This document shows, one piece after another, positions 30,149-41,700 of a stretch of DNA of 64,000 nucleotides. The stretch's first letter is position 1. Each line of letters starts with the position of its first letter. The DNA comes from Amoebidium appalachense. Lineage: Eukaryota; Protista; Ichthyosporea. The notes under the pieces were generated by a model. The model was given only the letters and a program-made list of their open reading frames with translations, made no database searches and had not been told where the DNA came from. The stretch lies in assembly GCA_963693365.1 (NCBI GenBank), contig CAVNZM010000014.1, positions 6,076,001-6,140,000 on the forward strand. Reading direction: 5' to 3'. Made by a program: the position numbers and the translations under genes.

Positions 30149-33100
30149 GAAGGCGGGCAAGGGACTGGTCTCTCCCCAGTAGAACATAATGTATTTGATT
30201 TAATAGCAGAGCTGGAACTGTGTTCCCCTCTGGCAGATAAATTGCAAAATAAATCTACTGGTGCGGAAATTTCTGTTGTCTCGGAGCCCTCCCACGAATC
30301 TGCATGTGCCCCACCCCCCCACGAACAGTTACCCCCGTGTACTGACCCCCCCATGCACACGCACACCCCGCCCCCGCGCAAAAAGAAAAATGTGCATTTT
30401 GCTGACCGTGTGCACTCCTCCATTGCAGAACCACGGCATGAAAATGCCACTGTGTGCACATTAACCCACGAAAATAAATGCACAGCCACACTTGCGCGAA
30501 TGTATGTGCATGGGAAGCTAGTCACAGTAGTTGTCGACTCTGGTGCTAGCCATAGCTGTATAAGCACAGCATTTTACGAATCTCTCCCTGTAGTGGCAAG
30601 AAAACGAATTCAGCATGTTCCTAATTTTAGTGTACTGGATGCACAAAGTAACGAAATGACATGCCAAGGAAGTATATCTCTCACTCTCGCCATTCCCAAC
30701 GAATCTGCTCTAGTGGTGCACAGATGGCATGTGATTGATAATCTACCATATGATGCCTTATTAGGTGTTGATTTCATGGGGCCACAACAGGGACGAATTG
30801 ATTACGGTGCTGCAGAACTTTCGTTCATGTATGCTAAGGGAAATCGCAGGTGCAGTATTCCGGTGTGGTGGTTGCGTGGGAGTGCGGAGGAGACAGCTGT
30901 TTCTCGCGTATTAATTACCACCACAGGTATTCACCTCCCGGTAGATGCGTCAAATATCGCAACGTGTAAAATAAAACTCGCTGCCGGCGCACCACCACCA
31001 CGAACTTTAGACTGTTGTATGGGCACAGTGGTTCCATGTGGTCCACTTAATTCACGGGCTTACACAACAGCATGCAGTGTCACCAGTTTAGCTCGAATTT
31101 CGAATAACGAACCCCCCCTCTCCACTAGCGAAGAAAGTGTGATCGAGGACGAATACGAATGCAAGGTGTTGTTGACTAACACATCGGACCATCATGTGTA
31201 CCTAGGCCCTGGTACGGAGGTGGCCATGTTTATTCCCTTGCAATCAGATGACACTGTTACTCTTTTAGCACGTCCACACTCCGGTAATGGAACCAGGAGG
31301 GCGACAACCCCACACCCTGGCCATCCATTAGGTACCTCTGCTAAAACGAACTTTTCTTCGCAGGAATCAACCGAAGAACCCACCGAACACGAACCACACA
31401 CTTTCCAGGCGGCTACTAATATTAACGGTAGTATTAAGGTGTGTGAACGGAGTAAAATTATGAATATGAGTACGAAAGAGAACACCACACAGCGCAGTTC
31501 CACGAAAATGAATGGTTTTGGTAATCCAGCACGAACAAAACCAGAGGTAGGGCCACCTACTATCGAAGCAGCAGATGGGGCACCATCTACCACTGCACTG
31601 GAGGATACGAATAATTTACGAAAGCGTACGCACGAATGTACCTCCGACGGGGAAGCCGCCACAGACGACGACTTGCCTTTTGGGGTCAAACCTCCAGAAG
31701 AATACGACATGCCTGGAACTCCCCCAGACCAACGGAAACCGTTGGCGAAACGGATACGAAAACTGCTTAAGAAATGGAAGCATGTGTTCTCTGCACACGA
31801 CAACGACTTTGGTTTGAGTACCTTAGACGAACTGTCGATCGAAGTAACTACCACCATACCACAGTACCGCAGGCCCTATAACATCCCACATCACCTTCGC
31901 GATAGCCTACACAAACAAATTCAAAATTGGGTAGAGTTTGGAGTGATTGAGCCTGCGTCCAGCCCTTACTCCGCTCCGATGGTGTTGGTGGCGAAAAAGG
32001 ACGGGTCTTTAAGAGTCTGCATTGATTTTAGAATGCTGAACTTGATTACGAAGAAAGACGGTTACCCTTTACCACGAATTGACATGGCTCTGGGTATGCT
32101 CAGAGGTGCCCGCGTGTTTTCCGCACTTGATTTAAACGGTGGTTACCACCAAGTCAAAGTAGCCGATAACGACAAAGAAAAACTTGCATTTACCACCCCC
32201 TGGGGGCAGTATCAATTCGCACGCGCACCTTTTGGAGTAAGTAACATGCCTGCTGTCTTTTCAAGGATGATGAACCGTGTATTCGCTGGTATGCTGTGGA
32301 CACATGTACTCATATATCTCGATGATATATTAGTTATGTCACCCACTATCGAAGAACATTTTGGGCATTTAGATTCATGTTTTTCCCGGCTCTGTGATGC
32401 AGGATTAAAACTGAAAGGCAGAAAATGCTCTTTGTTCATGGAAGAAGTTGGCTATTTAGGCCATCGCGTATGCCCGGATGGTATTAAGGTAGACCCAGAA
32501 AAAGTGGCAGCAATAAAGAATAAAAGCTACCCACAAAATTTATCTGAGCTACGAAGTGACCTCGGGTTATTTTCATATTATCGAATATTTGTGGACGATT
32601 TCAGCCATACGGCTGAACCACTCACGCGAATGCTGGGCACCTCGAAGGAGGATTCAGAATTACTAAAACGAATTCACGCAAAAATGCCCCCCTCTACGAA
32701 ACCCGCCAAACGCAACGCCAGCGCAAAACAACGAAAAGACGAAGCAAAACATTTGCACGCCGATTCTGCAGCTATTTTGGCCACGAAAAAGAAAGCACAG
32801 AAAAATGCTGCATGGGTGTGGGGTACGGAACAGGAGAAAGCATACGATACCCTTAAGAATGCGTTAATTAATGCACCTGTGCTTGCTCACCCCGATTTCA
32901 CCAAACCTTTTATTGTTGACTCAGATGCTTCACAGTATGCTCTGGGCGCAGTGATTTCGCAGGTAGGTGATGACGGCAAAGAACGACCCATAGCTTATGC
33001 TAGCAGAACACTCTCTAAGAGTGAACGAAATTATGCGGCGAATAAAAGGGAAGCCTTAGGTGTGTATTGGGCTGTGTGCAAAGCATTTCGCGCTTACACC

Positions 33101-35033
33101 TATGGGGCTCCTTTCTTGTTACGAACCGACCACTCCAGCTTGACGCGCATTCTGTCTACCGGCGATGCACCGGAACCTGTTGTTGCAGGCTGGCAAATGG
33201 CGCTTTCCGCATACACATACGAAATTCAGCACAGGGCGGGCAAACACCACAGCAATGCTGATGGACTCTCTCGGCCATCTAACGAAAATGCGCAACCAGG
33301 ACCCGAAGATACTGAGCTGACATACCCCTCACTGATCGGCACAGTCTCGGGCTCGTCCACGGTGTTTGCGGTAACACGCTCCGCCGCAGCGACAGCGCAG
33401 GCACAAGCTGCCACCCACCCACCCCCAGCTGAACCCACGAAACCTAATACCACGCCGCCAGAATTTATTCCCCCAAAAGCGGATGGACGAATGCCCACCT
33501 ATGAACAGTATGTGTCAGCACAGAAGGCTGATAAACACATTGCGAAAGTCAGGGCCTACCTGGAAAAAGCACCGGGCTACGAATTATTTGGCAACGAAAT
33601 CGCGATGGAAGCTAGTCGCTGCACCATAGACAATGACCTTGTGTATGTGTGGGTCCTAGAACAGCGTGGCCCCCGCAAACCCAGCAAGGAACCACGAATT
33701 TGGGTGCCGTCTACGCTTGTGCGCCTCGTTTTGGCCGCATGTCACGACGCCCCAACCGCAGGTCACCTTCCACCGTGTTACCCAGATAGCATGGTGGCCA
33801 CGTGTATGGCAAGACTCGGTGCAGTGGGTAACCACATGCAAAGCCTGTCAATACCGGAAGACACCCCGAATGCAAAAGAAACTACGAATTCACGATGGTT
33901 TTATCCCCACCTATCCCTTTCAATACGTGTCTATGGACATTACTGAGATGCCTACGAAATCTGATCTCAGAGTTTCCCTGTTGGTGTTTCTCGACCTCTT
34001 CACTCGCTGGCCGGAAGTGATTTTATTTCACAAAACACCCACAGCCGAAGATGTGGCAAAGGCATTCGAAGACTCCATCTACTGCCGTCACGGTCGTCCG
34101 GAATTTTTAGTATCAGACAACGGCGCGAATTTGGCAGCTATGTTGGTCACAGATGTCTGTCGAGTGTTGGCTACAAAACGAATTTTTGCAAGTCCCTACA
34201 GCCCCCAGACCAATGGTGCCGTAGAGCGATTCAATCGCACACTTAAGAATATTCTTGCCACTCTCGTGCAGGATAAACACCACGAATGGATTGACTACTT
34301 ACCGCAAGTACTGTTTTCCTACCGCACCGCCTACCACTCTTCCTTGGGGGACACGCCATTCTTCATGCTTTATGGCAGAGATCCGGTCGAGCCCCCCCGC
34401 CCCCCAATTGCGGCTTCATGTGGGATGGAGACGGAGGAATACCGTCGAGAACTACTGCAACGAGTGCAGTATGCCCGGCAAACAGTCACACGAATTATGT
34501 CTGAAGCTGCCCGTCGTAGTAAAATCACGGCTAACAAAAATGCTCGTGAACCCACAGAACTCGAGGGTCTGGTGTTGAAAGCAGTCACAGACTCCACCAC
34601 CGACCACAGTCTACCCACGGCACTCAGACCTAAATGGGAAGGTCCGTATCGCGTCCTGCGGCGCGTTACCGACGCCCCCATGTCTTACGAAATTCAGCGG
34701 GTTGGGTCAACGGACACCGTTCGAGCACACGCACGTCACTTGAAGCCGTATTTTCCCCGTGACGACGTTGATATGACGCCAGCCGACTCTGGTCCGCAAG
34801 ATTCACCCACCCCCACCTTCGAAGTGGCAAAAATTATTGCCCACAAGTACGACTCGGCAACTGCCCAAGCCCTTTACAAAGTTCGTTGGAAAGGGTACAC
34901 GGCTAAGAACGACACCTGGGAACCTCACTCCGGCCTGCAAGACACAGCCGCAGGAGCACTCACAGACTACCTAGGTACTTTGGTGGCCGGCCCTGCCAGC
35001 CAGCCCGCACGAAAGAAGCGCCGACGTCGCTAA
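30149..35033 (+). pseudogene. pol: Pol of G2, frameshifted in the integrase Zn-binding domain (~33767)
   Basis: VVDSGA; LDLNGGYHQ..YLDD; DSDAS, RTDH. GHL is followed by a frame switch to TFHRV..WWP..CKAC, consistent with a small deletion. Then SDNG..NGAVER, GPY and chromodomain FEVAKII..YKVRWKGY..DTWEP. Confidence 0.93.
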
Positions 35034-35830
35034 CTTCCCTCAGCCTGGTGGTTTACCGTCTCCAGACCATACCACCAGGCTCCCGAGAAGGGGGGAGTGT
35101 AAACATCTGTACACGCCGTACATGTTTACTATTAAGAATATACTGTACATATCATAGTGATCACGTAGATATTGTGTACATATGATCAGATCAATATCAC
35201 ACGCGACAGCCGCGGGCTGCGGCTCACGACTGAGCCGCGGCGCCGGCAATATGCAGTGGCCGTGCAGTCAGTATGAACCAATAGAATTCGAGAACCGCTA
35301 GGATAGGAATGCAAGTCTCATCCACTACGGAGGCGACATCTATAGCTAAACGAACGGAACCAATAAGGAAATCAGACCCAGTTGCATAAACCTAAACGGG
35401 CTTAAGTATTGACCAATCATTTGCCACAAAGTTATCCTTTTAGTTAGCTTCATGTTATTGGTGCACTGTGTGCACATAAAGACGACCGCACTCTTCTGAC
35501 TGGTCAGAAGTCACGAAGGCATCAATGCCACCCATCCAGATGATCCGGAACCTGGGGGCTATATAAACAAGCCGTCCCAGTACGGGGGATCACTCTGAAC
35601 GAGCACATTAAATAGTAACCTGGCCGCGTGTGCCTTACTACCCGTTCTCTGTCTTTATTCTGATTCAGTTGTTCTCTGCCTTATCCCAACTAGTTCAACT
35701 GTTTACACATGTTCAGTTGTTGTACACCTGCCAAGTGTGAGAATTATACTCAATAATCAACGAGTCGGAATCACAATAAACTTTAAATTTGAGGAACTTG
35801 AACGGTCTTCTTGACTGCCAGTGCCGCCGC

Positions 35831-36851
35831 TCAGTCGTCCAGAACGGACATGTCAAGGCTGCGGTCATCCGCCGGCATAAGTCCTTTCAATATGCTATGG
35901 GCACCACTTCGTGACGGCGAGTCACTGCCGCCAGTGAAATCTTCTGTTAGGACGTCTCTCTCAGCAAACAGATTGTACCTTGGGGCGAACCCCGCCCACG
36001 CCATTGACGTCTGCGCCTGAGTGAGCCGTATGGCGCTGAGCTTCTCTCGAGTCTTTAGCTCTTCTGCCATCAGCGCGTCCCTTATGCTCTTCATCTGGAC
36101 TTCGTCAATGTCGGCCCTGTAGGTACCCTGCTTCACTATTGCCCTGCGCACCGTGTTGGGGAAGTAGGTGGACACGGCTGGAGTCAACGCCACCATCTTC
36201 TTGGCTCGCATGGCCGTCGCGCCGTCCATGGATGAATCGGCCTTTGCAGTGACGACGACGTCTCGGATTGCTTTGCGGGGCGCAGGCTCACCCCTGCCAA
36301 GTAGCTGGAACGCAGGGTTCTCCAGACTCCTCATGTCGGCACACTCCTCGTAGTCGGCGGGCCTCAGTTTTGACAGCAGACACCCTTTGTAACCTCGTAC
36401 ATGTGGTCCGACCAGGTTGTTGATTGAGGACTTCACAGGTGCGTCCTCGCTACGACGGTCGAGCTTAACCTTAAACTTGCTCTCGGCCACTGTGCGCAGC
36501 TGCACGATCCTGGGGTTCGTCGATGAATGGATCTGCTTGACGAGGCCCGGGTTCCGCAGGATGATCTGCTTGATACTCTGTTTTGAAACTTTGTCTCCGT
36601 AAACACCTTCTAATTGCGAGACGATCTGTGAAGTCTGTGTAGGGAACGTCGACTGCATGACGTCCACCAGTTCCGCGGCGGGAATTGAACTGAGGGCGCC
36701 TGTATACAAATAAGACTTACCAGTGACGTACCGCGATCTTACCGTCTGAATCTAAAGAAAACTGCGATGGACTCGGACCTGGACTTGCTGACTCGCTCAT
36801 GCCACGACTCTGGGCCATGTGATCACCATCAACAACCATTGACTCGGACAT
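35831..36851 (-). CDS. Hypothetical protein (~325 aa), probably part of the pPolB element; possible 43-nt intron 36700-36742
   Basis: 292-codon non-repetitive ORF with no upstream in-frame ATG. ATG at 36851 joins in frame via GTAAGA...TACAG (DG|ALSSIP). Confidence 0.55.
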
Positions 36852-36944
36852 GTTGGCAGCTTTGCGGTGTATTTTTCTAGGTGCTTGGTTTATATCGGCA
36901 TGACAAAATGATCACAAAGTTTTTCCGAATGAGCGACTGGCTGT

Positions 36945-37265
36945 TCATGCAGGGAGCAGGATGACGCCGTCAGTGTCTGTAGGGTTGTCTCTCGTTCCGT
37001 TGTCGTCAAAGGCCGCCTGGAATCCACGGGACCACTGAGGGTCTACTACCCGGGACCGGACAGTCAGCCGCCACGCCACCGTTTTCGGTCGTGCCTGGCG
37101 CAAGCGTGCCAGAAGTCCACCGGCTGACACCTCTTTTGCGTTACGGAAGGAGTCCTCGACCACGGCGGTTAGGATGTTCATAGGCAGAAGTTCAACACTG
37201 CGACCCTCAATCCTGTTGAGGAGCACCATGTGTGACGCCGTGAGCAGTTGGGGTGCCATCAGCAA
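36945..37265 (-). pseudogene. 3' fragment of a hypothetical gene, cut at ~37267
   Basis: 106 coding-like codons ending in TGA. Composition changes abruptly at CCCCCCCGGGG (37267) into AT-rich GAATAC/ACGAA-motif DNA. Confidence 0.45.
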
Positions 37266-37789
37266 ACCCCCCCGGGGTGTACTCGAATATTATTGGAATA
37301 TACTGTCCAAAACGCGACCATGAATATTCAGTCAGAACATTAAATGATACACTCGTACACGTGTATGGCATTCCAATGAACACTAACGGGCACCATGTAT
37401 TCATGAATGCCTTATGAATGTCAGACGAACACATAATATTATGGAACACATGCGGAATATATGTGAATACCTAATGACGAACATTCAAGTAGTACCCACG
37501 CAACGCGTATTCGATTGTATTCATTGTAACACACTATGAACACGTATAGTATACCAACCCGAATACTCATACTGAACAGTCACTGGTACTACACAATATC
37601 CTATGAATACCCTCTGAATATCACCTATACACTATGTATTCCATTGCACCGCATAGTGTCCATATGGTACTCATGTGTACTAACCCCATACTCTTCGTGA
37701 ACATACATGGATAGTAGCTGGGCACATCTCAGATAATATTGAATATGAATATGAATGCTAATGAATATGAAGACGATGGTATATTCCAG

Positions 37790-38414
37790 TGTCGTGGGGG
37801 TGTAGCTTGTCGTGGCAACAAACAGAGTGTATACAAACTACTCTAACTATCTGCACGCTTAAAGGGGCTCGAAACCGTGTATACGTATAAACTTTTCTTT
37901 GAGTTGGGTGGGAAGCGAGTTTTTTGTGTTCTTAGAAGAACTTCCAAAAGCCCGCGACCCCGCGAGACACTTCACAGACACGCGGCCCACTGGCCAGACA
38001 AATACCACAGTGACATTCAGCCAATCACAACACTCCCTCCCCCACAGACTACACGCACTCCACACCATTGGATACCGCGACCTCAGACACCCCTACAGCA
38101 CTACAACACGTACACACGTTTACTCACAATACATATAAGCATACACACACGCGAGCAGGCAACATGGGTCTCGCCACGCACACAGCAAGAAGCAATACAA
38201 CATTTAACATGGAGAGTACGCAGAGGCATTGTGCATGCACGCGCGCACCTTTAACAATCAGCCGCCGCCGCATCAGGTTCTCCCCATACCACTGAATAAT
38301 CTCCTCATACCCCACTTAGACCCCGGCATCACTATGCAAGAAAACCCCCGAAATTCACTCACCAAAACACAAAATATAGAAGCAAACTAATACGAATCAG
38401 CTCAGCACATGACA
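37790..38414 (-). mobile_element. Collapsed LTR element: one LTR, PBS and a few bases of LTR end (same family as 38886-41577, inverted)
   Basis: LTR 37808-38414 is a diverged reverse complement of 38886-39490. The minus strand continues AGCTACACCCCC-ACGACA. Flanks TCCAG/TCCAC match 4 of 5. Confidence 0.8.
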
Positions 38415-38483
38415 TCCACTGGCAGTAGTACAACTACCGTGTACATGTACATTCAGCCTGCATATTCATGTATGCAAAAGGAT

Positions 38484-38526
<43 letters not shown>

Positions 38527-38607
38527 GGACCCGGACTCAAGGTTTTTTTATCACTTTCTTTTATTACTAAATTAACGGCAGTCCCTAGTAGCTTGGTGGT
38601 GGCTTCG

Positions 38608-38722
38608 TTAACTTGAAGATGCTGCCGCAGGCGAGTGAACTATCTGAGAACCTGCATCAGTGTGTGTGCATGTGTGTGTGTGTGTATGTGTGTGTGTGTG
38701 TGGTGTTTGTGTGTGTGTATGT

Positions 38723-38762
<40 letters not shown>

Positions 38763-41700
38763 GTGTGTAAGTGTGCACGCGTGTGCGTGTCCGTGTGTGC
38801 GTGGGGGGGGGGGGGGGGTGGGAAGGGGACGGCAGGTTTAGGGGGGGGGGGGGGGGGTGCAAGCAGAGCATGGGGAAGGAATGTATGTCATGTGCTGAGC
38901 TGATTCATATTAGTTTACTTCTATATTTTGTGTTTTGGTGAGTTAATTTCGGGGGTTTTCTTGCATAGTGATGCCGGGGTCTAAATGGGGTATGAGGAGA
39001 TTAATCAGTGGTATGGGGAGAATCTGATGCAGCGGCGGCTGATTGTTTGGTGCGCGCGTGCATGCCCCATGCCTCTGCGTACTCTCCATGTTAAATGTTG
39101 TATTGCTTCTTGCTGTGTGCGTGGCGAGACCCATGTTGCCTGCTCGCGTGTGTGTATGCTTATATGTATTGTGAGTAAACGTGTGTACGTGTTGTAGTGC
39201 TGTAGGGGTGTCTGAGGTCGCGGTAGCCAATGGTGTGGAGTGCGTGTAGTCTGTGGGGGAGGGAGTGTTGTGATTGGCTGAATGTCACTGTGGTATTTGT
39301 CTGGCCAGTGGGCCGCGTGTCTGTGAAGTGTCTCGCGGGGTCGCGGGCTTTTGGAAGTTCTTCTCAGAACACAAAAAACTCGCTTCCCACCCAACTCAAA
39401 GAAAAGTTTATACGTATACACGGTTTCGAGCCCCTTTAAGCGTGCAGATAGTTAGAGTAGTTCATATACACTCTGTTTGTAGGTACGACAAGCTACACCC
39501 CCTTTCTCTGCAGTTTTTTGCAGGGAGGGGGCACACGCACTGTTAGTCCTTCTGGGCTGTTGCTTTCACCCCTAGTTTTTTTTTTTTCACGCCTAGCGGT
39601 TATGAGTGGTTTTGTCTTAGGCCTTTTTCGACGGTTAGAGGTAGAAGAAACATACGCACACACAGACCTACAGCTAGCAACAGTTGGCATAGGCAACATG
39701 AGCAGTAGGACTAGTATCACAGGGGACTTAGTCCTCGCTAAGGACCTTGACCTCCCTAGGTGACTTAGCAAGCTCAGGGCCGTTTGCCCAGCAGAGGCCT
39801 CAGAGGGGACCGGCGGCAGTCACCCTCCCCACGGCGCTACCAGCCCTACCAGCCACGGCCACAACGGGATAACAGATGGGCCAGGCTGGCGTCTTTGGGG
39901 CGGGACAGCAAGAGCCGGCGCCAGGCTCTTTCCCAGGCACCTGTGACAACTGCAAGGAGCGGGGGCAACGCGTGGTGTAAACAGCCCCGTCGTGGGGGGC
40001 AGGGACGTCGGTGACCGTGTTGCTGGTATGAAGGTTTTATTAGGGGGTAGGCCATCTCTTGGGTTGTTGTTGTTGTAATACTATGGGAGTAACTGTTGTG
40101 TGGTGTTATTTTTCGGCGAGTTTTCTACTGGTGCCTGGCGTTTTCGACGTGTGTATGAGTCCTGTGTTGGCGACGTGTGTGGTTAGGGTCAGTGGAATAG
40201 AAAGTCCTGCTGCTGTCTGGGAGCTCGGCCCTCTGACGAGGGGGCTGGGGGGGGGTCGAAGTGTAGTCATGGCAGTGGCAGGCCCCCACTGTTGTGAACC
40301 CCCGTCGTCAAAGGGCCTGGTGCTGAGGCCCCTTGGAGTGGCTGCCCTGGGCCTGGTGTTGAGGCCCTTTGGAGTGGCTGCCCGTAGTGTTGTTGAGTAG
40401 TGTTGTGGTGCCCAGTGCAGCAGTAGGCCTTAGACACACCGCTGGGTAGGGCACGGTTGGGGCGGAGGCATTCCCAAACCACCGGGACCTACGTAGTAGG
40501 AGTCTTTGTCGGGTAGAGGAATGGCCAGCAAGAGAGTCTGGAGGTGTACGTCACATGAGTCTGGAGGTGTTCGTCACGGCATGTTTGGTTGTGTTAGGAA
40601 TTCTTTGGGGATGGGGCATGCTGAGTGTGGTTGTATGGATGGTGTCTGTTATCATGTCTGTTGCTATGTTCCACTCGATATAACATTGTGCCAGGGGCAT
40701 GGGGTTTTGGGTGCAGATTGTGGACGGGGGCAGAGGTGCATCTACAGGGCAACGTCAGTGGCGGTTCATAATTATCCTTGTTTTGGGGTTGGGTTGGGTA
40801 TTAACCATGGTGGGGTGGTGTGTGGATGTATGTATATGTTTTATGTTATATGTTAAATGTTGCTTCCTGCATGGGTAGCGGTAGTTGTAGTCGCTCAGCA
40901 CATAACTTTATTTTGTTTTTAGGTAGTTTTTACTGAGGTGGAACTCAGTTATTTTCTGTGCGAGGGGGGAGTTGTCATGTGCTGAGCTGATTCGTATTAG
41001 TTTACTTCTATATTTTGTGTTTTGGTGAGTTAATTTCGGGGGTTTTCTTGCATAGTGATGCCGGGGTCTAAATGGGGTATGAGGAGATTAATCAGTGGTA
41101 TGGGGAGAATCTGATGCAGCGGCGGCTGATTGTTTGGTGCGCGCGTGCATGCCCCATGCCTCTGCGTACTCTCCATGTTAAATGTTGTATTGCTTCTTGC
41201 TGTGTGCGTGGCGAGACCCATGTTGCCTGCTCGCGTGTGTGTATGCTTATATGTATTGTGAGTAAACGTGTGTACGTGTTGTAGTGCTGTAGGGGTGTCT
41301 GAGGTCGCGGTAGCCAATGGTGTGGAGTGCGTGTAGTCTGTGGGGGAGGGAGTGTTGTGATTGGCTGAATGTCACTGTGGTATTTGTCTGGCCAGTGGGC
41401 CGCGTGTCTGTGAAGTGTCTCGCGGGGTCGCGGGCTTTTGGAAGTTCTTCTCAGAACACAAAAAACTCGCTTCCCACCCAACTCAAAGAAAAGTTTATAC
41501 GTATACACGGTTTCGAGCCCCTTTAAGCGTGCAGATAGTTAGAGTAGTTCATATACACTCTGTTTGTAGGTACGACAATGTATGTGGCTGATGAGGGGCG
41601 AGGGGGGGGGGGGGGGGGGAGGATCCTGGGGGTTAGCAAAAGAACACTAAGACTTGAAGTAACAAACATGAGGCCACACTCCTGTTCAAAGGCCGGTTGG

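Larger units (their letters stand above)
27486..35707 (+). mobile_element. Full-length chromodomain Ty3/Gypsy LTR retrotransposon (element G2)
   Basis: 610-bp LTRs 27486-28095 and 35098-35707 (two mismatches spotted). TSD CATGT. Canonical [27 protein letters not shown]. Confidence 0.97.
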
